A stretch of 64,000 nucleotides of DNA. It comes from a virus. The notes beneath the pieces are model-generated. The model made no database searches. It was given only the letters and a program-made list of their open reading frames with translations, and was not told the origin of the DNA. The translations under genes and the position numbers were made by a program. Every line of letters begins with the position of its first letter. Position 1 is the first letter of the stretch. This document shows positions 1 to 5,685 of this stretch, piece after piece. The stretch spans positions 1 through 64,000 of the IMG/VR virus record IMGVR_UViG_3300046787_000327; one strand, 5' to 3'.

Positions 1-64
1 GGGGGTGGGGTAGGGGGTAGCATGACCAGTCATAGGCTGGGGTACCTATGACCAGTCAAACCTA

Positions 65-262
65 CTACTCTGACTTTACTGCGATAGTACGATAGGTAGT
101 GCGGATAGAGCGAGGGTCTTTAACCTCAACTAGATAAGCCTCTGCACCTTCATAGTAGATAGGCTGAGGGTGCTTTTCTGCACTGATAATTTCACCTGTA
201 AGGGTGCGGGACTGATAAGTCTTACCTACTAGTAGGGACTCAATTGAATATAGATTAGCCAT
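65..262 (-). CDS. Small hypothetical early protein (65 aa)
   Basis: Start moved to ATG 262 (MANLYSIE), which follows AGAAAGAAGG RBS and a promoter at 294-316. Confidence 0.75.
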   Translation of the reverse strand: MANLYSIESLLVGKTYQSRTLTGEIISAEKHPQPIYYEGAEAYLVEVKDPRSIRTTYRTIAVKSE

Positions 263-293
263 AGGGACTACCTTCTTTCTGTTTATATATCTA

Positions 294-316
294 AGCCTAC
301 ACCATAAGGGCGACAA
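294..316 (-). promoter_or_regulatory. PafBC/RecA-NDp-type promoter (TTGTCGC-N10-TAGGCT)
   Basis: Motif and spacing match TGTCGG-N10-TAnnnT; lies upstream of ORF 262. Confidence 0.6.
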
Positions 317-353
317 ATACAAATCGAGAATCGGACATATAGGACATTTTGAA

Positions 354-369
354 TGTGATAAATATCATA
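354..369. promoter_or_regulatory. CRP/GlxR-like box TGTGA-N6-TCATA
   Basis: 9/10 match to TGTGA-N6-TCACA. Confidence 0.6.
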
Positions 370-428
370 GTGTGTCGACACGCCCGAGTGCGACGTGCCC
401 ACGCATATTTATGCAGAACTATAAATAA

Positions 429-611
429 TTATGCATCTTCTAATTCTGCATTGCTACGCATGTAGTCTTCAAAATCTAATAGACCTTGATCATACGCAAC
501 AGGGTCACACATCTTTAAAACTTGCGAAGGCTGAAATTTATAAATACCAATTTCAATTTCACCTTGCTCATCTAGTAAATCGTTATATAAATCTGTCCAT
601 GGATTATTCAT
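429..611 (-). CDS. Small acidic hypothetical protein
   Basis: ORF track; TAATG overlap with the upstream ORF. Confidence 0.75.
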   Translation of the reverse strand: MNNPWTDLYNDLLDEQGEIEIGIYKFQPSQVLKMCDPVAYDQGLLDFEDYMRSNAELEDA

Positions 612-784
612 TAGTTATCACTCCAATGCATTTTGATGTGTTGAATCTGTTCATATAAATCAGCGGTAGGTTCAGCCATGCCATATGGATTACCTTTATC
701 TTCAATTAAATCAAGAAGATTAGATAAAGCGGTTTCAAGAAGGACAACCTCATCAATGTTGCCTAGTAATTCAATTTTTTTCAT
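611..784 (-). CDS. Small hypothetical protein (57 aa, MKKIELLG...)
   Basis: Hand-translated; GAAAGG RBS; TAATG overlaps on both sides. Confidence 0.7.
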   Translation of the reverse strand: MKKIELLGNIDEVVLLETALSNLLDLIEDKGNPYGMAEPTADLYEQIQHIKMHWSDN

Positions 785-951
785 TAGTTGTTACCTTTCT
801 GATAAAGAAATCCCCATGCCTGTCGGCATAAATAAATGCTTTCGCAATTGTCACAACAGATAATTCCATTGTTGTTTAGTTCTAGGTCATAGATATCTAT
901 GCTAGTTGTTTTGTCTCCACATATGGAGCGGACATTTACATAGTGACTCAT
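784..951 (-). CDS. Small Cys-containing hypothetical protein (55 aa, MSHYVNVRSICG...CCDNC)
   Basis: Hand-translated; GAAAGGA RBS; TAATG overlaps. Confidence 0.7.
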   Translation of the reverse strand: MSHYVNVRSICGDKTTSIDIYDLELNNNGIICCDNCESIYLCRQAWGFLYQKGNN

Positions 952-1076
952 TATTTAAGTCCTTTCGTTCTTTTGATAATTCGCTTGTTTCCACAAGCCT
1001 TGCAAGTTAAGTGGAAAGTTTCTTTAAACCATCTTTCGCTCCACAATAGAGAGCCACAATTAGGGCAACCGTTCAT
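951..1076 (-). CDS. Small zinc-ribbon protein (41 aa, CPNC...CKAC)
   Basis: Hand-translated; AGGAGG RBS; two CxxC pairs. Confidence 0.7.
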   Translation of the reverse strand: MNGCPNCGSLLWSERWFKETFHLTCKACGNKRIIKRTKGLK

Positions 1077-1252
1077 TAGTTAGCCTCCTTTTCGTTAAGC
1101 ATTTTTTGAATATTGCGAACCTGCAATAACCAAGGGTTAGCGGCTACGATAGCCTCATGGCGCAACGCATTGCGCTTTTGTTGTTCAACGGCAAACGCCT
1201 TGAAATATTCGTGCGTGTTCTTGTCACGCATTTCTTGAGTTAAGTGAGTCAT
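1076..1252 (-). CDS. Small hypothetical protein (58 aa)
   Basis: ATG 1252 after GAAAGGGG RBS. Confidence 0.7.
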   Translation of the reverse strand: MTHLTQEMRDKNTHEYFKAFAVEQQKRNALRHEAIVAANPWLLQVRNIQKMLNEKEAN

Positions 1253-1307
1253 TTTGACCCCTTTCATTTTTAAAGATTTACTTTTTGTTCAACCTTGTAT
1301 AGATACA

Positions 1308-1329
1308 AGTCTAGCAGGGGGGTCTGACA
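1308..1329 (-). promoter_or_regulatory. PafBC-type promoter (TGTCAG-N10-TAGACT, extended TG)
   Basis: Motif and spacing; heads the 1252-429 operon. Confidence 0.6.
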
Positions 1330-1362
1330 TTTTGGAGGGTATAAATCGGACATTTTGGACTT

Positions 1363-1394
1363 TGTGAGGTAGAACACATGTGACCTACGCCACA
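1363..1394. promoter_or_regulatory. Two abutting CRP/GlxR-like boxes
   Basis: TGTGA-ggtaga-ACACA and TGTGA-cctacg-CCACA. Confidence 0.6.
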
Positions 1395-1462
1395 CGGGGG
1401 ACGTCCCGATTTAGTTGAAATTTCAAGCAGTTTTAAATCATGCTCAGGATCCCGCTGCAGGC

Positions 1463-1594
1463 CTAGTTTTGTTTTCGCAAATCGTTTTTAATTTCTTGCC
1501 AGTCTTCTTGTAGCATTGGAATCATCATTCTTACTAACTGAAACACTCCAATTGCTAAACCTAACTGCACTACTGTTGTAATTAGTCTATTCAC
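1463..1594 (-). CDS. Small membrane protein (43 aa)
   Basis: Hand-translated; GTGA overlap with the upstream ORF; hydrophobic N-terminal half. Confidence 0.55.
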   Translation of the reverse strand: MNRLITTVVQLGLAIGVFQLVRMMIPMLQEDWQEIKNDLRKQN

Positions 1595-1764
1595 TTTAAA
1601 CACTCCGCTCTAAACTTTTCGAAATCGAAACTTTGATTGTCACTAGAGAACATATCACCAAACTCATGAATTAAATCCTCGAATACATCTTTATCCATAT
1701 CCTCAACGAATCCGTTTAGAATATTTGCAACAGACACAAACGCTTTGCGTGTATAGGTAGCCAT
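1591..1764 (-). CDS. Small hypothetical protein (57 aa, MATYTRKAF...)
   Basis: Hand-translated; TAATG overlap. Confidence 0.7.
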   Translation of the reverse strand: MATYTRKAFVSVANILNGFVEDMDKDVFEDLIHEFGDMFSSDNQSFDFEKFRAECLK

Positions 1765-2021
1765 TATGCAACACCTACCAATTCTAGAAACATCTCAGTG
1801 CCACCCTCATTGATAAAGGCAACTTGCTTTTCGATTGAAGCCCATGACATATCTTCAAGGTCAGGCATGCACTCATCAATTGCACCCTTGTTCATTTCGA
1901 TGAAGCCTTCACCCATCATCATGATTTGTGGGAGGTAGCGATTTGTCTCCGCAACCTTTGAAACGAAATTGTAGCCCTTGTAAGTAAAGGGGAAGCGAGC
2001 AAACTTAATTGTTGAAGTCAT
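1764..2021 (-). CDS. Hypothetical protein (85 aa)
   Basis: ATG 2021 overlapping the upstream stop. Confidence 0.75.
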   Translation of the reverse strand: MTSTIKFARFPFTYKGYNFVSKVAETNRYLPQIMMMGEGFIEMNKGAIDECMPDLEDMSWASIEKQVAFINEGGTEMFLELVGVA

Positions 2022-2206
2022 TAGAGAACAGCCTTTCCACGAAGTGTACCTGAAATTGAGAGAGCGTCGCAAGACACTTTGAGAGCAACACCTACTGGCA
2101 GGCTATCTGCATAAGTAGAGATGAATTGAGCAACTGCACCCTTTGAAGGGAGAGCGATTGACTTTGTTGAACCGTTGAACGATTCGAGTTTTACAGTGTA
2201 GTTCAT
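2021..2206 (-). CDS. Hypothetical protein (61 aa)
   Basis: ATG 2206 after AAGAAAGGTGG RBS. Confidence 0.75.
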   Translation of the reverse strand: MNYTVKLESFNGSTKSIALPSKGAVAQFISTYADSLPVGVALKVSCDALSISGTLRGKAVL

Positions 2207-2241
2207 GAGAACCACCTTTCTTTTGTTAAGTTGATAAGACT

Positions 2242-2263
2242 ATCCTATCAGACTAGACCGACA
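2242..2263 (-). promoter_or_regulatory. PafBC-type promoter (TGTCGG-N10-TAGGAT)
   Basis: Exact consensus and spacing, extended TG. Confidence 0.7.
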
Positions 2264-2268
2264 AATTG

Positions 2269-2329
2269 GGCACTTATTCGCTTAGGCTCACTGTGATACT
2301 AGTCACATTTATTTGCTAAGGCTCATGCC
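2269..2329 (-). ncRNA. Structured leader RNA B with two UGAGC/CRAAUAA internal loops
   Basis: Stems GGCA/UGCC, CUUAG/CUAAG, UGUGA/UCACA; same loops as RNA A at 3559-3631. Confidence 0.7.
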
Positions 2330-2360
2330 TTTATTTATCTTTATTTAATTGTATAAGAGA

Positions 2361-2389
2361 ATACTACCAGAGAAATGTCAAAAAGTCAA
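2361..2389 (-). promoter_or_regulatory. Strong sigma-A-type promoter TTGACT-N17-TG-TAGTAT
   Basis: Same -35 and -10 hexamers as the promoters at 3398 and 3499. Confidence 0.8.
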
Positions 2390-2420
2390 GTTTAGACACG
2401 GACAATTCGGACATTATTTA

Positions 2421-2450
2421 TGTGTTTCGCATCACACGAACATCTGTTCG
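2421..2450. promoter_or_regulatory. CRP-like box (2421-2436) abutting a LexA SOS box CGAAC-ATCT-GTTCG (2437-2450)
   Basis: Perfect Gram-positive/actinobacterial LexA consensus. Confidence 0.7.
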
Positions 2451-2480
2451 AAAACGGGACGTCGCATTTTTGCAAGTTTT

Positions 2481-2576
2481 TTACTTGTCAAAAATTTTTA
2501 GCAACTCTTCACATTGTTCATCAGTTAGATGTGTTATGTCAATTGCTTTTTGAAATAGATCCGTGATTTCATTCAT
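2481..2576 (-). CDS. Small hypothetical peptide (31 aa)
   Basis: Hand-translated; GGAG RBS; TAATG overlap. Confidence 0.55.
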   Translation of the reverse strand: MNEITDLFQKAIDITHLTDEQCEELLKIFDK

Positions 2577-2731
2577 TAGTTTTTCTCCATTGTTTCAATA
2601 ATTTGTTTCAATTGGTTTTCGGTAAGTAGTGCAAACGCTGCACCCCACATTCCTGCATATCGGAATTGACCATATTTGTTTTCTGCAAGGTTAAGAATTT
2701 CATCTTGCATTTTTACTTTATCTTTATACAT
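2576..2731 (-). CDS. Small hypothetical protein (51 aa)
   Basis: Hand-translated; TAATG overlaps. Confidence 0.65.
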   Translation of the reverse strand: MYKDKVKMQDEILNLAENKYGQFRYAGMWGAAFALLTENQLKQIIETMEKN

Positions 2732-2907
2732 TAGTTATTCACTTTCCAATCTGACCACATAGATAAACGGTCTGAATCAAAATCCATCCAATAGGATTCG
2801 ATATTCTGCTCGCATGATTCGCAGAATGTGTATGCTACATCATTATAGAATGAGATAGCCTTTTTATTAGGGGTATGCTCAACGCATACGGTTGTTAGTG
2901 TAGTCAT
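2731..2907 (-). CDS. Small hypothetical protein (58 aa, CxxH...CxxC)
   Basis: Hand-translated; GAAAGGTGG RBS. Confidence 0.7.
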   Translation of the reverse strand: MTTLTTVCVEHTPNKKAISFYNDVAYTFCESCEQNIESYWMDFDSDRLSMWSDWKVNN

Positions 2908-3170
2908 TATTTACGACCACCTTTCTTAGTAGTACGGCAATACTTAGCGTATTTGATAAAGAGTTTTCTGTAACCACATGAATCACAGTAGCGATTTAAG
3001 TAAGGTTGTTTTACATTAGTAGCATGGGTATCTGTCCATGCTGTGTGCTTACATGTAGGGTCATTACCCGCTACATTGTAGTCATTGTAGTAGTAGGGAA
3101 CATGGCTCCATGAATTGTAGCCAGTAGGGATAACGCTATTAAGAGCGTTTATTGCGTTAGTGTTAGTCAT
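2907..3170 (-). CDS. Hypothetical protein with CxH/CxxC (87 aa)
   Basis: ORF track; GAAAGG RBS; promoter TGGACA-N17-TAGTAT at 3228-3256. Confidence 0.7.
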   Translation of the reverse strand: MTNTNAINALNSVIPTGYNSWSHVPYYYNDYNVAGNDPTCKHTAWTDTHATNVKQPYLNRYCDSCGYRKLFIKYAKYCRTTKKGGRK

Positions 3171-3326
3171 TTTGACCTAACCTTTCATTTTTCGTTAATA
3201 ACCTTTATTAACTTTCTTTATATGATAATACTAGCAGATAAAACCCATACTGTCCAGTATACCCATGAGTAGTCTCAATATATGGAGCGTGGGTATTGTG
3301 ATATAGACCACACACATAGGGGGTAG

Positions 3327-3347
3327 TTATCCACATAGTTATCCACA
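3327..3347 (+). promoter_or_regulatory. Two perfect tandem DnaA boxes (TTATCCACA)
   Basis: 3327-3335 and 3339-3347, at the divergence point of early transcription. Confidence 0.7.
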
Positions 3348-3397
3348 GGGCACGTCCCCATGTGGTACACATCACACCCGACACGCCGTGTATGGGC

Positions 3398-3426
3398 TTG
3401 ACTTTTGAGGGTATATATGTTAGTAT
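3398..3426 (+). promoter_or_regulatory. Strong promoter TTGACT-N17-TAGTAT
   Basis: Consensus spacing with extended TG; CRP-like box at 3361-3376. Confidence 0.8.
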
Positions 3427-3498
3427 TCTACTATAACAATTAAATAGAGCAATAAGGAATACCCCCTAAAATGTGATACGAAACACACCCCTAAATGC

Positions 3499-3527
3499 TT
3501 GACTTTTAGAGATATGTATGCTAGTAT
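3499..3527 (+). promoter_or_regulatory. Strong promoter TTGACT-N17-TAGTAT (tandem copy)
   Basis: Consensus spacing; CRP-like box at 3472-3487. Confidence 0.8.
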
Positions 3528-3558
3528 TATTACTATAAGAATTAAATAGCAAGGAAAT

Positions 3559-3631
3559 CCTAGTGAGCCTCTGAGCCTACCAAATAAGGTCGAAAGACAT
3601 GAGCGTAGCAAATAAGAGCAAATAACCTAGG
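3559..3631 (+). ncRNA. Structured leader RNA A with three UGAGC/CAAAUAA internal loops and a GAAA tetraloop
   Basis: Nested stems CCUAG/CUAGG, CUC/GAG, CUAC/GUAG, GUC-GAAA-GAC; non-coding and directly downstream of a promoter. Confidence 0.75.
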
Positions 3632-3683
3632 CAAGGAAAACAGTTAGCAAATTGCTAATAGTATTAAATGAAAGGAAGTTAAA

Positions 3684-3881
3684 ATGACTTCACTATATAA
3701 CCATATCGAGATTGGTGATACCATCTCATTCCCTACATCTATGAACCTTGTTAAGTCAGGTGTAGTAGAGTCACTACGAAAGTGGAATGGCACTGCTATG
3801 CAGGTGCGTTGCACTAATGGTGCTAAGTTTGAGATTAGTCGTTATGTAAATGACTATGTACTAACAGTAGAGGAGAACTAA
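3684..3881 (+). CDS. Small hypothetical protein (possibly SH3/KOW-like)
   Basis: GAAAGGAAG RBS. Confidence 0.75.
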   Translation: MTSLYNHIEIGDTISFPTSMNLVKSGVVESLRKWNGTAMQVRCTNGAKFEISRYVNDYVLTVEEN

Positions 3882-3883
3882 AC

Positions 3884-3976
3884 ATGAGTTTCCCTACTAT
3901 CCTAGTTATCTTGTCGGTACTATCTACTATACTTATCCTTATCCCTACAATGCTAGACAATTCTAGCGAATACTAA
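3884..3976 (+). CDS. Small membrane peptide (30 aa)
   Basis: Hand-translated; AGGAG RBS; single hydrophobic segment. Confidence 0.6.
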   Translation: MSFPTILVILSVLSTILILIPTMLDNSSEY

Positions 3977-4004
3977 GACCCCCTAAAGAAAAGAGAAAAT
4001 AAAT

Positions 4005-4202
4005 ATGACAACATGCAAAGTAATTAACTGTGATTCAACAGAACTAGTATATAGCGGTACTGATGCCTTTATGTTAGGCGGTATCCCTACTGAGACCTAT
4101 TGCTATAAGTGTGCTAATGCATACAATCAAATAAGCAACGGTATGGCTATCTACCTAGCAGACTATGTAGATAACACCCCTCTCTCTACTACATCTTGCT
4201 AA
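4005..4202 (+). CDS. Small Cys-rich hypothetical protein
   Basis: ORF track; CxxxxC...CxxC. Confidence 0.7.
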   Translation: MTTCKVINCDSTELVYSGTDAFMLGGIPTETYCYKCANAYNQISNGMAIYLADYVDNTPLSTTSC

Positions 4203-4211
4203 GGAGTCCTA

Positions 4212-4478
4212 TTGTTTGATTTTATTACTTCACCATTCGAGTGGTTTGCCAATATAGTACAGTACTCACTTATATTTATGGCTATTATTATAGTAGTCCT
4301 AACTATTGGTGCAGTAGTCGCTATCCCCATAGGGCTCAAGTTATTGGGGGTAGCATTCGCTAAGACTATTGTAGTAGAAACTAGTAAGATACTAAAAGAC
4401 CTACAAATAGATAAGATATCGCAAGATACAAAGCAACTTACTAACAATATACTAAGAGTAGTAGGAGATAACAGATGA
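4212..4478 (+). CDS. Small membrane protein
   Basis: AAGGAG RBS; TTG start; long hydrophobic stretch. Confidence 0.7.
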   Translation: MFDFITSPFEWFANIVQYSLIFMAIIIVVLTIGAVVAIPIGLKLLGVAFAKTIVVETSKILKDLQIDKISQDTKQLTNNILRVVGDNR

Positions 4479-4597
4479 TAGATTCAATGTATGCACACAC
4501 ATGTAGTGAATGCGGTGATACAGGGCTAGTATTTTTTAGCGATAAAAGTATCCATATTGATCCGTGTGCATGTCCTCCATCGAAGGTGGGCGTGTAG
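4475..4597 (+). CDS. Small zinc-finger-like peptide (40 aa, CSECGDTG...PCAC)
   Basis: Hand-translated; AGGAG RBS; ATGA overlap. Confidence 0.6.
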   Translation: MIDSMYAHTCSECGDTGLVFFSDKSIHIDPCACPPSKVGV

Positions 4598-4805
4598 TCA
4601 TTAGATTTTATGGGGGTGTAGTGTCTATTAGATTAGGCACTCACCACCTATAAAAGTGCACACTATATTTTTCTATTTGATTCTTTTATATCCTGTATCA
4701 TTCATCTGGTAAAAATATTCAGATTTTGGTCAAACCCAATTTTTATAATTTTTCAGATTTTGCCAGGGTATCAATCCTGATCCAACATCATGCTATAATA
4801 AATCT

Positions 4806-4898
4806 ATGACCGATAACCTATATACTGGAAACAACTGCTGTGCAGCATGCACATGCGAAGATCCACATCAATCAAAAAGACCACAGACAGAAGAATAA
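4806..4898 (+). CDS. Leaderless Cys-rich peptide (30 aa, CCAACTC)
   Basis: TGCTATAAT 4791-4799, 6 nt before the ATG. Confidence 0.55.
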   Translation: MTDNLYTGNNCCAACTCEDPHQSKRPQTEE

Positions 4899-4899
4899 C

Positions 4900-5085
4900 A
4901 TGGCTATCCTAGACAATTTTGAATCAGCCTGGGACGAAGAGTTTGTTTTTGAATCCAAGCCTATGCCTATTACTGACAATATGGGCAGAGAAGTGTTTTG
5001 GGAAGATATGGGTAGACCAGAATCCTTGGCTACAAAAATATTTTCAGAAACCATATGCGATAACTGCTCTACCAAGACATCCTAA
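4900..5085 (+). CDS. Small hypothetical protein (61 aa)
   Basis: Start reassigned to MAILDNF. Confidence 0.6.
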   Translation: MAILDNFESAWDEEFVFESKPMPITDNMGREVFWEDMGRPESLATKIFSETICDNCSTKTS

Positions 5086-5106
5086 TTTTGCGACGGTATA
5101 GAAAGC

Positions 5107-5310
5107 CTATGGCTCGATCTGATAAAGATCCCACATACGTATATCAATAAACCCTATTCGAGCAGAATCGGCTAACTCCTCATTATCTGCTTCAATGACA
5201 AGTACAACATCTGACTCAATATCAACTTTTGTTATAAAGTCAGTTTTAGCATTGGCCTGATACGCCTCTTGAACCTTTGATAGGATTGGTTTGTAATAAT
5301 ACTTAGGCAA
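5107..5310 (-). CDS. Hypothetical protein
   Basis: ORF track; operon context. Confidence 0.6.
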   Translation of the reverse strand: MPKYYYKPILSKVQEAYQANAKTDFITKVDIESDVVLVIEADNEELADSARIGFIDIRMWDLYQIEP

Positions 5311-5488
5311 TTATTCCAGCAGCCTTCATACGATCATACATGTTATCCACAATAAGGGTCAAAGTAGGTTGACTCTGAGCAATTTGAGACTCAGCGTCGG
5401 ATTCACTCATTCCTGACTTCAAACATAGATCTCTATTGTCTTCATTGATACTATTGAGCATTAATGCTAGGGCTTCTTGCTTTTCCAT
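5303..5488 (-). CDS. Hypothetical protein (61 aa)
   Basis: Start reassigned to MEKQEAL. Confidence 0.65.
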   Translation of the reverse strand: MEKQEALALMLNSINEDNRDLCLKSGMSESDAESQIAQSQPTLTLIVDNMYDRMKAAGIIA

Positions 5489-5490
5489 TT

Positions 5491-5685
5491 TTACCACTTT
5501 CCGATAGGACACTCTGCTTGTTTGAGTGTAGATTTTAACTTCATAAAACAACCACATTTTGTGCACTTCATAAGGCTTTTACGAAATGCTGGACATTCAT
5601 TGCAAATGGCGAGTCTTTTCTCAATTAGTTCTTTATCTGACCTAGGCTGGTTAGGATCAAATAAGTCACTAAACTTTACTTCCAT
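5491..5685 (-). CDS. DUF6171-like Cys-rich metal-binding protein
   Basis: RLxICxxCP...CxxCGCFM...CPxGKW; paralog at 12586. Confidence 0.7.
   Translation of the reverse strand: MEVKFSDLFDPNQPRSDKELIEKRLAICNECPAFRKSLMKCTKCGCFMKLKSTLKQAECPIGKW

Noticed and set aside
1-20. G-quadruplex
   Set aside because: Only three closely spaced G-runs are visible and the context is cut by the window edge
914-936. TCTCCACATATGGAG dyad and a single CGGACA as operators
   Set aside because: They lie inside the small ORF 784-951; may be coincidental
3420-3611. ORF-track 63-aa minus-strand ORF
   Set aside because: Overlaps two promoters and RNA A on the opposite strand; no RBS
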